This document shows positions 1-25,845 of a DNA stretch of 42,822 nucleotides, one piece after another. The position numbers and the translations under genes were made by a program. The stretch's first letter is position 1. The number at the start of each line of letters is the position of its first letter. Location: positions 1-42,822 of the forward strand of contig NIVC01000007.1 of the NCBI GenBank assembly GCA_002269645.1, written 5' to 3'. A model generated the notes under the pieces. That model did not search any database, had not been told where the DNA came from, and saw nothing but the letters and a program-made list of their open reading frames with translations. Origin of the DNA: Macrostomum lignano (lineage: Eukaryota).

Positions 1-136
1 TTGGCTGTAGCCTAAGGGGAATCAAATGGTCTTTAACCTGGAGGTTGGCTTACCAATTTTCAACTGCAGCCTATAAAAGATCGAAAAGATCAGAAGATCC
101 AAAACAATTACTGCAAGCATTCGCAAACAGAAAATC

Positions 137-1979
<1,843 letters not shown>

Positions 1980-2204
1980 CCTTGGAGGCAATTTTTCAGA
2001 CTGCGGTACACCATCATAGGAATAATATTTTAAAGTTTAAAAGCTGAGTTTTCCGTGCTATGAGCACACACTGATGTACTTGTAAAACCGATGCCTTCAC
2101 TTGCGCATCGCATTTTCTTTATTTGGCTTCCTGCACTTACACAAAAGCAATGAAGAGAACTTTGACTAAAAGACTATACCGTGATTCAAATGCTACTAAT
2201 AATA

Positions 2205-2490
2205 ATAATTCATTACACCTGCCCTAATTGGGCCAGATGTGCAACCGACAGCTCAGCCGCAGCTATTGCGCGGCGCATCTGAAGGCTGCGTATGGCTGTT
2301 CAGGTCAAGGACTGGGGGTCGCCACACACACCCTCAATTACCCCAGCTAATGCTGGCACCCATTTTCAGCTGGATGAACTGAAACAATGCAGAGTTGAGT
2401 GTCTTGCATAAGGACACAATTTTTTTCGAGTGGGCCAAGAATCGAACTCCCAACCTTTCAGTCGTGAGTCCGACGCTCGGTCCACAAGGC
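2205..2490 (-). mobile_element. tRNA-derived CORE-type SINE, family B, copy 1
   Basis: Reverse complement aligns with the copies at 19418, 33041 and 41547. The B-box end lies near 2440-2470 and an (ATT)n tail lies near 2200. Confidence 0.85.
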
Positions 2491-2784
2491 TTCAAACACA
2501 AATTTGCAAATAAAAATGTTGTAGTAAGTACTACTATAAGTAAGTTATACTAGAAATCTAGGATAAAACCGACCAGCCAACTAAGACAGAAGTTGTTACT
2601 TGCGATTTACTAAAACTCCTAGTGCGCAATAAAACCGCTGGCAACACTTTTATGCCAGACACAAGCTTAGCTTGTTTGCTGTTTTTGTACCAGCTGCGCT
2701 GTTTCTCATTTTCTAAAAATCGAAAACGCTCTGACGAGAAAGTTTTCGTCGGGCGACTTCTTGTGTTGTGGTGGGAAAAAAACT

Positions 2785-2878
2785 TCCAATATACTAAAAA
2801 TGGTCTGTCTGTGTCTATCTATCTATCTATGTGATCGATTAGAGAAAAAATGGCTCAACCGATTTTGTTCAAACTTTG
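2785..2878 (+). mobile_element. Possible non-autonomous Helitron-like 5' fragment
   Basis: AATATACTAAAAAT-GTCTGTCTG-(TCTA)n-...AAAAATGGCTCAACCGATTTTGTTCAAACTTT resembles the layout of invertebrate non-autonomous Helitron 5' ends. It is truncated by SINE A at 2884. Similarity is from memory only. Confidence 0.3.
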
Positions 2879-2883
2879 CTTTG

Positions 2884-3097
2884 CATTGCTGCCCATTCCG
2901 CCGACTCCCCTGAGCAGGCACACAATCGCGCGGATACGTACGCCGTCAGACGCACAGGCGGCCCTAACTTTATTTATCACTCCTCAAAGGCGTTAACTGC
3001 ACGAGCAGAGCCAAGCCTAGATTCCAATTGTGCTCCAAATCAATGTGACTGCACTTGGAATCGAGCCCGGGCTGCTAGACCACTAGGCTGAGGCCCC
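2884..3097 (-). mobile_element. tRNA-derived SINE, family A, copy 2 (internal deletions)
   Basis: Shares gcattgctgcccattccgccgactcccctgagcaggca ... gtgactgcacttggaatcgagcc with copy 1. Confidence 0.8.
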
Positions 3098-3849
3098 CGC
3101 ATCGCAGATGCATGTTACTAAAAATCATAACGTTACTGAACGAATTGCTTGCACAACAATTGAAAGAGATCAAAAACAATTTTTTAATTTACCTTTTGTC
3201 CACATGCAACTTACTGACGTTATACGAGCGTATTGACTGCATGAATCAGATTATTTCTATTTATATGGCACAACAATGTTGATAGAAGCAGAAAAAATAT
3301 TTTTTTAAATACAATTAATAACAATAAAAAACCATGCAAGTAAACAGGCGATTCTTCCAACCGCGAATGAAATTGATTGCATCGCAAATTTTATAAACTG
3401 ATTTTATAAAGCTGAAAAGTACGAATTTACTCACATTAGTTTAAATAGTACAGAGAAGATACAGAAAATGGTTTTGTTAATATAAATCAAATTAACCATG
3501 CGAAACGAGATTCACAGATGACAGTTGACAGATAAAACTGTAAACAAATACAGAGCTTTCCGCGGTAGCTGGGTTTTAACTCAGAGAATCCCACGGGAGG
3601 GTGTGGAAATGTGTCCCATCACATGATGGGATCAGGGAGTCTGGGACCGTAACAAGGAAAACATGGAAAGCGTACTGACTACCATCATGGAACTGCAGGG
3701 TGCTAGGAGAGAAATTTGGGTGACAGGAATGTCAGCTCCCGTGGCCTTATTTCTGCAGTTTTATACAAGTACTTTTAACAGCTCTCACCTTCAGGCACAA
3801 AATTTATAATCGCCTATCTGTAGCCGTCAGATGCTCTTCTGAGAGCGAT

Positions 3850-5315
3850 TCAAATCCCACCCAATGTGTCCATCAGCAGTTTGAACTCCTGAAAGTCCAC
3901 AAATCCGTCCTGATTTTTGTCCGCTTGTCGGATCATCTCATTAACGTCGCTTTCCGTCAGATTCTCGCCCAGGCTGTTCATAACGTAGCGCAGCTCCTCC
4001 GAACTGATTTTGCCGTCATTGTTCTTGTCAAAGATTTTGAACACCTTTCTCAGCTCCTGTTCCGTGTCGGTTTCGCGTTTCTTCTTCTCCATCATTTCTA
4101 CGAACTCTTCAAATTCAACGTAGCCCTTTTTCTTGTGATCGACGTCGCTAATCATTTTCTGAAATTGAGGTTTGTTTGAAAAAGTGTTTTAACAATATAT
4201 AAAGGTAATTTTCTGGGTTTCTAACCGCTGTTTAGAAGGGCTGTGTGGTCACTCACTCGTGTGACCCAGAACTGACAGTGGGGCCATGGCCACCCACTTT
4301 TTTAATGTAAAATGTAGACTTTTTGCTTATTTTTTGCTGCTTTGCACGAATGCATTTTGCTGCAGAGCGACAAAAAATAGCGCCTGCAGCGCGCCAAAAT
4401 GAGTGCCTGGGGCGCTAAAATGAGTGCCTGCGGCGCTAAAATGAGTGCCTGTGGCGCTAAAATGAGTGCCTGTTGGCGCTAAAATGAGTGCCTGTGGCAC
4501 ATTTTGACGCTGTGCACGTTGCCGAACTAGCAAAAGCAACTTCATAATCCTCGTACAAGTACAGTGTGCATTTGTTAGGCTATAAACTACACAGGCTCCC
4601 AACTATTAACCTGCAATATTTGTTTGACGTGAACACAAGACCTTGAAATTGGCAACGGATGCGTCGACAAAACTGTTGAATTGTCGCAATCTCCTTCTGG
4701 CTGTTAGGCCGTAAGTCAATACGTCATTTAAGAAGCGAAGCGATATCTGATGAAGCGATAGAAGGGATGCTGGCGCAGCAGGCGCCCAACCAGGGAAGAA
4801 GATTCTGTCGGGTCGCGGCCTTTAGCCGTCTATTCGCGTGCTTACCTCGTAATTACGAGCGTATCTTCGCCTCTTCGTTAAATATCTATCGGCGGCGATG
4901 TCTCACAAAGGCGCAAGACAGAAATGTACAGAATGTCTTCAAGTACGCTGTATGACTCATAAATATTCTCATACGGCAGTGTCACTTGAAATGAATTGAG
5001 CAATAATGTACCACGAGCAGAGTATTCGGTGGGCTTAGTTATAACTATACTAAAATATTACACTAAAACTACACTGAAAATTTAAACACACGCAGGTAAA
5101 ACGGGTACAGAGTGGTTATTGTAAGATTTTTAGAGCAGATAAGGTTCAACCGAAAGCACATCCCTCACCTGTATGTCGGCCTCAGTGGGATTCTGTCCCA
5201 GATTGCGCATGGCAACCCCAAGCTCGGCCGGGGTGATCTTGCCGTCGTTGTTCTTGTCGAACAGCTTGAACGCTTCCTGATACTCGGACACTTGGGCCGG
5301 GGTTAAAGACTGCAT
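3850..5315 (-). CDS. Calmodulin-like EF-hand protein, 151 aa, 2 coding exons (5315-5169, 4158-3850)
   Basis: [49 protein letters not shown]|[19 protein letters not shown]...[12 protein letters not shown]...[12 protein letters not shown]. The phase-0 intron runs CAG|gtgagg ... tttcag|AAA. Colinear with calmodulin but too divergent to be canonical CaM. Confidence 0.93.
4391..4499. repeat. 21-bp minisatellite (gcgctaaaatgagtgcctgNg), about 5 copies
   Basis: Contiguous units with no spacers, lying in the calmodulin-like intron. Confidence 0.95.
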
Positions 5316-6656
5316 GATTGGCCTCTCTGATTGATGGCAACGCAAAGTCTGATTACCTTACCGCGCGAGCTGGAAAATTAATATGACTTGTTGGATTTCT
5401 GCAAGAGTAAAACTGCATTCACTCTGGACCCCACTAGCTAATGTTATTAGCGCGAATTCATTTTCTTCTCTGCCTGTCTGTATGCCTCCAGTGCACTGCC
5501 AGCAACTCATTCTCGTTACCAAGAGAAACGGGGTAGAGATTGGGCTGAATGACTGGAGTTGTGCGCATGGTGGCTGAGCTGCATGAGCTTGAGGAGGGGG
5601 TGGTGGCAGCCCGCTCTTTGCCCCAGCATTCTTACTGTCTGCCTATATGCCATGCACTGAATGAATTGGCTGCTGCAGGCATGAATGTGCGGCCTTCATC
5701 TGACTGTACGGTAAATGAAGTTTAGACTTGTTCTGTCCTATTTTATAATACTTTATTGCAGTACCAGTATAGACGATTACTTAAAAAAATCTAAAAAACG
5801 CAAATCACAATTGAAGAAGGTCAATGCAAGCGATACGTGTATGAATTAGTTAATCGAGATAGTCGCAGATCCGCTTTGACAAGCTTACCAAACGTCTGGA
5901 TGATGTCGAATTCCACCGTTGCGGTTGTTCAACCTGTTTTTCAGTACAATTTTTTTACTTTACGCGATATAGGAAGCTTCAATGGAAAGAGAAACGGCGC
6001 CCTAACCAGCAATTTTAAGCTTGGAAATTTCCCAACTTTTTGTACAGGCGCCGCTAGAATTGGCTGGCGCAATGCAGTACAAAACGGCTGACCAAATTCT
6101 GACTGACAATTGCCAAAATCCTCATTCCGACAAAGCCCCAGGCTGCATCCCAGCAGGACTCCCACTTTTCTCTTACAGCTTTCCATATTTCTACATTTGC
6201 TTCTGTAAGTTGGACAAGAATGCAAAAAACATTTGCGCCAATGCCCGGGTGACGGGCCCGACAGCCCCCACGCAGCTTCCTTCATCACTAGCCTCTCTCT
6301 CGTCTTCCTTCCAACGGTGCAATGTCTCTCTGCCCCTACGGTTTCGCTTCTGTCTCTCAGTCAGTCTTGGCCACTCCGGCTATACATGCTACAAAGATTT
6401 GCATGCTGCAGCACTGACAAAAGGACATTTGGTTAAGAACAGCGGCCGGAGCTAAGCGAAAAAAACAGATCCTGTCCGGCGAGGGGTTGGGAGGCAAAAT
6501 GGCTAGAAATTAAAGCGACTGGCGCACTTCGCTTTCCGCAAGTCAAGTCGCCACGGCTTCGGCTCCCACCCCCGCTGCGCATCAATGCAGACACCGCAGT
6601 CTGTCCTACAGGAGCGAAGCACAGGTGAAAGCTTAGCAGCTGGACTCGCCTGAACG

Positions 6657-7010
6657 ATGGAGCCCCAGAAGCGACGCGAGTTTCGAGCTATTATTGTCCA
6701 AGACAGCGAGGATGACGAGGACACCGGATCGACTTTCTCCGACGCGTCCGACATCAGCTGGGAGGAGACCGCAGCGGATGCCAATCTGGTTGAAGTCAAT
6801 TTGGACTCGCTGCTTCCGCTGAACACCGCGACGATGCTTGAGGAGGCCACTGTGTTGGAGGAGGGCGCGGCCGAGTTTCTGCATTCGGCTCCTGCGCTGG
6901 AGGTAGCGGACGTGGAGTTCGAAGAGCTGGAGGACAGCGGATTGCTCGTTGCCGACAGCAATGAGATGCGAGTGACGGCGGTGGAGTGCAGGACTTGCTG
7001 GCCGCTGCTG
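6657..7010 (+). CDS. Acidic low-complexity exon, probable 5' exon of the 2-TM gene at 7500
   Basis: GC-rich ORF MEPQKRREFRAIIVQDSEDDED... ends at ctg|gtcagt (phase 0). A tatttaaag|ATG acceptor at 7499/7500 would join it in frame. The linkage is inferred. Confidence 0.4.
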
Positions 7011-7499
7011 GTCAGTACTGTTTTATTGTTTATCCGGTCTTCGAGCTGGTAGGAACTCGCAGATAGCTAAAGTAGAGGACGCTTAAAATACATCTTAAAA
7101 TGCACTATAGAGACAGTTAGCATTTCTAAAAAAGCTTTCATATGAGCATTATGAATCAGCCTCAAATAACGCTTTAAGACTCAGTAGACTCATTTGTAGT
7201 TCAAAAGTGATTCTGCTTTAATTTTTCGCTTGTTTCTAGTAAATGCGATGTCAAGTTCCAATTATTCGAACTTTACATAATTCCTAGCTCTCGCCTCTCC
7301 CTTCCACCGGATCACGCAATACATTACATCCTTATTTACGGCCATAAACTTCCTTTTATCACCGCTTCCCTGCGCACTAACAAGATCATTCGGATGGTGG
7401 GAATAAAACGGTCTAAAATTTTATTTAGGGAGGAAATCGGTAGACGCATTGAATCGACTGTACAGGATATGAAATTCCTGCTGAAAACCCTATTTAAAG

Positions 7500-9340
7500 A
7501 TGGTCCAGAGTAGCTCCGCCAATGTGCTGCTTCGGCCTCTACCGGCCACGGTAGCTCGCAGGAGCCTCGCTGAGCTGCCGTCTCTGCCGCCGCCACAAAA
7601 GCCGCCGAACCTGCCGCAACTGCAGCGGCAGCATCACCAGCCTCACAACCAGCAGCCTCAGCAGCGCAGCCTCCTAGAAATGCTGACTCAGCCAAAGGTT
7701 GTACCGCACAATCCTGAGATGCACACGGTGCATCTGCCCGAACGGCCACGTCAGGAGCCTCCGAGAGTAACGCTGGCAGATCGTCTGGCTTCCGCAGCGG
7801 TTGCAGCCACCGGCCTGCAGTTTCAACCGCTCGCACCACCGCCAATGTCCCGCTGCGAAAAGGTGCCTTACCTGCATGGCTTTCGTCTGGGAGACACCTA
7901 TCAGCTGCACTCGAAACTGTGGCTCCTGCCGCAGCTCCTGTGCGGCGCTCTGGCTCTTACTGGCATCCTATTGACTCTCGTTGGGATTATCATGCTGCAG
8001 ATTAACAAGTACCTGGTGTCCTTGTAAGTGCCATGCATAAACTATAGTCATATTTTCTTGCATATACTACTCTCAGTGCTGGAGATGTCGAGACTCACTC
8101 ACACGGCCATGAAATGAGGCTATATAATAGTTTTTGGTACACACACGCCTTGGACACCACTCACGTTGTACGTACATCAGTCGTATGATTTGATGCTTTT
8201 GGTGTTCGATTTGACAATAGCGATTGATAAAAATTACTTTTCGATTCAAAATCCCATACAGTAATCTACGAAAAGAGTTGAAATCATTTTAGATGTAGCA
8301 CCCCAGGGGAGAGTTTTAATTGCAGAACTGATGAGGAAAGTATTACCAGGTGAGTCCGATATTCTCACATTTAGTGCCGCTTTCTAACATAAAAAATGAC
8401 AAGTTTGAGCTGTTGATTTCAGCGTCACCATGTCGATTGGCGTCGGCACTGCAGGTGGCGGATTGTCCCTAATCCTGATCTGCGCAATTGTCTTCCTGCA
8501 CGCCTTCTGCGTCATCTATAACGAGGGAGAGCATCACAAGGTTGGGACGTCTGATTTTATAATGAATCATTTGCCAAATTTTATTCATATTGACTAGCAG
8601 TTTATTAAAACAAACGCTGACATTGCTTCTGGCCCATCAATAATCCTAGCCTGATTCAACTTGACTTGAATAGGGCTGCGCGTCAACTTTCAGTCATGTT
8701 ATATTGTTTAACAGAAAACACCCTGAAAGCTCTTAAACTAGAAGTGCATCTGACTCTCTTAGGAATTGACTGGATTGCTAAATGGTTACAGGGTCAATGC
8801 AAGTATTCGTCTGCACATACTGGACGCTCGTAAAGAGGCCACTTGGGGATTAAAGACATCAAATTTTCAAATCCCAAGTTGCTTTAACACCGAATAATGG
8901 TTATTTTTTATCGAAAGCATACGCTCATCTTTTGTTAAACAAAAATTTACTGTCTACGGGACGAAAATAGAGCGAAAAGCGGCACCCAGACAGTCTTTCG
9001 AGAGAGAGAAGGCAGTCAAAGTCATACGCAGATCTCCTGTAAGAGGGAGCACAATAATTTTATTTGATTAATTAACTGGAATTTTTAGATACAAGAAAAC
9101 GTCAGTCTGCACGTCCCGGCAGCCACCACATATCACGCGAACATGCTGGAACTATCCAATGCTATTCAAACGTCGCAGCATCAACATCAACATGACCAGG
9201 ATCCAGCGCATGAGCAGCTTCAGGTAAACACACGGGAGAATGGAGACAGCCAGCCCAATGTCGCAGTAAACGGAAGCAACCTGGTCCGCTGTCAAAGTCA
9301 ATACGACAACTTGCAAGAAATAACGGACGACTTGGTCTGA
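7500..9340 (+). CDS. Unknown two-transmembrane protein with Pro/Gln-rich N-terminus; exons 7500-8008, 8423-8540, 9089-9340
   Basis: Three exons join in phase (AA|gtacct...ttcag|C; AAG|gttggg...tttag|ATA). Hydrophobic segments LWLLPQLLCGALALTGILLTLVGIIML and MSIGVGTAGGGLSLILICAIVFLHAFCVIY are separated by a short NNVT loop. Confidence 0.75.
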
Positions 9341-12300
9341 AGAAGAAAATCAAAGAATAAATGACTCTTGCATGCGTCGTACTGAGCACAGCATGTCGTT
9401 AATCAATGTTTACAATGTGTTGTAAGGTCTGCTAAAAAGCAATCGTTTGATTTAGCAGCTCTTTTTAAAGCTTCGATGTGTCTTTTTCAAGACCTGCTAA
9501 TGGGAGCTGTCTAGCGTCAGGTGTCAGAAAATCATGTGGGAGCTTAAACTAATTTAAGCTTTAACAATTTTGGTTAAACATCACGTGCTGATGTTGACCA
9601 GCCCGTGTGCTTTCATTCGATGCGTAAGAAATCAAAATGTTTTTTTAAAGGCCGAATTGTCAGAAATACTGAATATCGTATATTATTGGTATGATTACAA
9701 ATCCTAACCTATTTTATTTTTGCTGACTATGGGGCTTTTCATACAGTCATTTCTGATTCAAGAATCAGAACTATTTTGCGAAGTATAACATTTCAGCTGC
9801 TCAACTCAAAGGTAGAGAGAGATTTCAATATGAAACTTACTTTAGGGGAGCTGAAACAGCAACAGAATCAGCAGGATACGCTGTCAGTAGGGCTCATGAG
9901 CAGCGTCAAAGAATGCGCTTTTGAACGAGTCCGGATAGCGGGTGTCAGCCAGCAGGCAGTCGTTAAAGCACCGAATGCGTGCCTGTCCTCGCCGGTAGGA
10001 TGTTAGCGGCAGCACCTCCTGCACTGCCTGCACTGCCTGCGGGTTATCAAAAACACTTGTAGAATTCATGTAGCAGTGGTCATATTGCTTTTTGGTTAAG
10101 GAACCGCATCGTGAAAACATCATAGGATACGTTAGTATTTTATTATGCTCTTTACTCGTAAGTGGACAATATGATTGATGTATGCTGGAAATTTGAAATC
10201 TGTTTTTTTTTCTTTTTTCATATTTTGGTAAAGATAATATTACCGTGACAACTTTCTCTTGCATCAGGTTCCGATCTCCAGCTAAGTTGCTTTCTTGCCC
10301 ATTGCCCATTGGTAAAATTGTCAAATGCAATCTGCGGTATATAAATAATTACATGTACAATATTTATTATATTTCACAGAGATTGGTGCAGAAATGTTAA
10401 CATTCATACTGTGCCACCACGCATCATGTTATCTCAGCGCTACACCCCCTCATGCCGCTCCCCGCCCACACTGCGCTTAAAAATACAAAAAACGCACGTT
10501 CAACTATTATACTACTCGAGTGCTATGCAAAGCAACATTTTGTTAAAAAGAGCAACAGTTGTGAACGAACCAGTTTTGTTATTCTATCAAAGCATATTTT
10601 TCTAAACTGTCGCAGTTTATCCAGTTTTTTCTGGTTACAAAACGGGAATTCTCAATTTATCCGCAACCTACGGAGGGCAGCGGAGGCGATGCTGGGGAAG
10701 AGAAGGCGAAGTCTGCCTGGCTGGCTGGATAAATTTCAGTCTCTGGACATCGCCGTATCGCCTGGCTTGCACAGCAGAGTACAGCTGGTATATCGGGCCT
10801 TTTGAGACTGCAGCCCGGGTGGCTGGGGGATGCAGATTGAACGGAGCCTGTGCTCCGGACCCTTTCTATCCCTTCATTCTCTTCCCTGTTCTGCTGTGCC
10901 TCTATCTTCACGCCCAAAATTTGCGGGGTTGACTGCTGCCCTCATCCCTCCTCGTCCGCCTCTTCCTGAAGAACCAATAAAATTGAGCAGAAGACGGCGC
11001 AATGAGGGGCTCAGGAAGTCTAAAAAGAGACTTTCTGTTTGGGGAAAACCAGCGCAAGGACCGGAGCTATTCGACTGATTCGAAATTCAGCTCCCGGAAA
11101 GGTCTCTGCCTGCCTCGGATCGACTTTATACCATTACGAAAATTGAATTTCAGAGTCAGAATTAACAGAAAGGTGAGTTAAACTTTCTTTCATACTTCTA
11201 ATTGTCAGAAAAGCTCTGACTCTAATACAGAAGAACTCTGTATTAGGAGCCAATTATTCCCGTTCATTTTCATCTCTGAGTCATCAGTTGAATTTGCAAT
11301 CTGCAGCCACCGTCTCTGACCGGCCACCGCCACACTGCTACACAAACGCGTGGCACCCTTCTGGTTTAATTCAAGCTAAGGGAAATATAGGCCGGCTTCC
11401 ACATGCTGCGGACTATAGGGGCGATTGAAAAATAGGGAGAGGACAGTCCAGACCAAAGGGAGAACCAATAGTGGTCGACGCTGAGTAACGCGCAACTCCC
11501 ATCCCTACCACTCAAGCGCGATCTTCTGGGAAGCGGCATGGGAGGCTGCGGACGGACCGATGATGTAGCTGGGGCTAAATGGGATCCCGCAGCCTCCGCC
11601 GCAGCAGGCATTATAGCAGTTTTTTGCAACAGTTCACATTGATAGAGAACTCATACTCAGCTCTGTACAAGAAGTCTGCTACAGCAAGTTTTATCGTTTT
11701 GTATCCAAGATAGATAGGAACTGCAATGGCTCAGATTCCAAATCCATCCACTTGTAAGTTTATTCGTGAAATTCGGGGCTACATAAAAGTAGCCATTGGT
11801 TTTCTTATAGTTCATCTCGGGCAAAATTGCAGGCACTATGTTTTATCTTGCTACGAGTACATCAAGGACCAACAAGCTCCCAACCAACAACATGTCTCAG
11901 CGTGAAATCCTACATATGCTTACAAATTTAGTTTTATACTCGTGGAGTGATTGGAGTGTCATTTTTTATTTCAAAGAAAGCCAAAACAACCAGAGGTACT
12001 AGTTGCAATGCTTCCTATAGTGCAAACTTATTTTGTACAAAACACTGCACAAAAAAATACCTATTAGCGACTCAGTTTTTTGAAGAGAATAATAATTAAA
12101 AAATAATACTAGTTATAGTTTCTACTTAACCGAAGTCAAGTGAAACTATCTTTGTAAACATTTACCCAACTCCCAAATCAAAGACTTGTAACACTATTTA
12201 TCCCGAACCAAATACGAACTACATGCTAAGCTGAGAAAGAACTGCCGAAGTCCAGAAGGATTAGAATTTTCTAATTTATTAATAAAAACTATGAAATTAA

Positions 12301-12352
12301 ATATTGGTACAATGAGGCACCCTAATTAGTGCCAGTTCCCTTTACTACCAGT

Positions 12353-12495
12353 GATTCTACATACATGACACGATTCTACATACATGACATGATTCTACAT
12401 ACATGACATGATTTTACATGCATAACATGATTCTACATACATGACACGATTCTACATACATGACACGATTCTACATACCTGACATGTTTCTACAA
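12353..12495. repeat. 19-bp minisatellite (gattctacatacatgacac), about 7 copies
   Basis: Direct reading; ends about 120 bp upstream of the synapsin ATG. Confidence 0.93.
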
Positions 12496-12613
12496 GTTTC
12501 TTCACTGTTAATAACTATATCCATTGCATTACACTAAGCTACCTTACTGTTAGACTGCCGTATTTTGACCTGACCTGACCTGAAAGCTGAACAAATGCGC
12601 TCACTTAGTGAAA

Positions 12614-23608
<10,995 letters not shown>

Positions 23609-24853
23609 GGCCGCAAATTTTGCGTGACAAAGGATCGAATTTCAACAGCATAGCTACTACAGAACCAACTAGCTATACTTGATGGAACTGAAATCAGCCA
23701 TTTAATGAATTCAGACTAACTACCGATATAATTTGCTGTTCAAATCTGCGCTTTAGGCATCGATCGCTACGCTTAATTTTTGCAGCTAAATTTTGTTAAT
23801 ATCTTTTCCTTTGAAATTCTATTCAACGATTTATACCGCTATAATTCCGTAATATGGCTACAGGTTATAGAAAAACATTTTTATGAGAAAATAAGACAAC
23901 AAAAATATTATGCAACATATAACAAATGTTGGATTAGGTCGAAGCGTATTTTTTAAGTTTTGCTAATAGGTGAATATTTTAATTTTTCTCATTTTTAGCT
24001 TTCAGTTCGCAGTTTTATTTGTAATTTGCTGCGTGAAACACTTATATAGGTACATATGATGAATATTGCCATTAATTATTATATTCATCTATCAGTTTAA
24101 TGTGTATTAACCAAGTTTGTCTTTATAACTTATATTTAGGTGTCTACTCTACGAAAACCTAGCTTCAAAGTTTATAGAATTTCGATTAATACGAGTAGAA
24201 TAAGATTGTGTAAGATCATGTCTGTTGTATTTTTAATTCAAATATATTTATTTTATTTCATTCATTATGGATTAATATTATCGCGTATATATTACTGTTA
24301 ATGAGATCGAAATTATTGTTTTGTTGCTTTGAAGTCCGCAATTCACACCTTGCAGCTAGCTGTTAGCAGGAAATTGACGAAAGGAAAGAAGAAACCTCCA
24401 CAGAAACGTCATCTCATAGAAACAGACTAGCTAACTCAGAAAGCTTTTCTTTATGCTTGAATGCATTAGCAAAACTAGATGTTTTGCTGATGGAACTCTA
24501 TTGTTGGCATGGTTTCACCCAGCGAAAAGTTTCCTACACTGGTCAGGTGAGGCATTGGTAGCAGGTTAAACCTAAGCTGTCGATAGCAGAAATAAAAGTA
24601 TTGCAGCATCCATTTCACTCCAGGAACTGGCACCGGGGCTAAAGAGACAAAAAGAATGGATAAAATGCGTTTTGTTTTTTATCAAGAGATTGCATTGCTA
24701 ATTGCACACATTTAGGAATCTGAAGAACACCTATAACTGGGGAAGAGCATCCATTTTTACTAATGCATTGCATTGAAAAAACGCCAAACTTTGCTCTATA
24801 TAATTACCTAAAATCGCATTGAAAGCCAGCTAAAAACGTTGGCGCTACCCATC

Positions 24854-25845
24854 ATGCAAACTCCAATGCAACTCCGCTTGCTGGCAATTCTGACTGCCAT
24901 CTCAGGCATTTGGACTCCAATAACAGGTAGTTCGGTGGCTCAAGAAAGAACCTTCGTACCGCAGAGAGACGATATAAACGAGTACAAACAAATAAAGAGA
25001 GAGAATACTCGAGGCTTAGTCGAGTGCTTAGAAAAACTTGCTCTAATCGAGGCGGATGCGGCAAGGTTCGACTCGGGAGTCTGCGAGCTGCTCGCTTGTA
25101 ACCGCGGAGCTTCGGGCTGCAGGAAGTGCCGAAACTGCATCAACCCCAGCCTGCCTCAGCTCTGGGTGAGTAGGGCTCATATCACAAAAGACTCAATGCT
25201 GACCGCATCCTGTGCAACTGAGAGTTGAAGGACGCTTTACTTATTCGAGGCCGGTTTTCGCTCTAAAATGCTTTATCTAGACACAGAACTTTTTGTTTAT
25301 CAAAATAGATTGACCATGCGTCTAGCATCAATATCTGCTTATTCCCGATTCAGATGAGGAACTCCAGCTGCTGGCAGACGTTCCAGCACAGAGTCGACGG
25401 CTCCATCAGCTTCAACCGGAACTGGTCGGAGTACTCGAGTGGATTCGGTCAGGACGAGAGTCTCAACTACTGGATGGGACTGGAGCAGCTCCACCAGCTC
25501 ACCGCCACTGGAGTGTGGAGAGTCCGCTGGGAGTTCAGCGACTGGAATGACAACTGGTACTGGGCTGAGTATGCTCCGTTCTCTGTAGGTCCAGCGACCG
25601 ACAAGTACAGGTGCTCGATGGGACCGCTGGATTCGAGCAGGTCGAGTGTGGGGCAACGTACGGAGCGCTACTTGTCAGCCAACAACCATCAATTCAGCAC
25701 GCCGGATTTTGACAACGATGCTTGGGCTGGAGGCAGCTGCGCTTGGGCAAGGTCTGCTGGCTGGTGGTTCGGTCATTGCAACGCTATGAATCCCAACGGA
25801 ATTTATCTGAAGCCAGCTGCGTTTGCTGATGGTCGTGGGATGTAA
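24854..25845 (+). CDS. Secreted protein: signal peptide + PAN-like Cys-rich domain + fibrinogen C-terminal (FReD) domain; exons 24854-25165 and 25354-25845 (homology continues in frame to 25923)
   Basis: FReD motifs WQTFQHRVDGSISFNRNWSEYSSGFG, YWMGLEQLHQLT, FSTPDFDND and GWWFGHC..NPNG. Phase-0 intron TGG|gtgagt...ttcag|ATG. TAA at 25843 precedes the terminal YSMK...MIR motif. Confidence 0.85.

Noticed and set aside
6021-6455. 144-aa plus-strand ORF and 115-aa antisense ORF
   Set aside because: No recognisable motif, no coherent splice structure and a non-ATG start; left unannotated.
10657-11629. GC-rich minus-strand segments that might be exons
   Set aside because: Candidate acceptor at about 10966 hits stops in all three frames, and there is no motif support.
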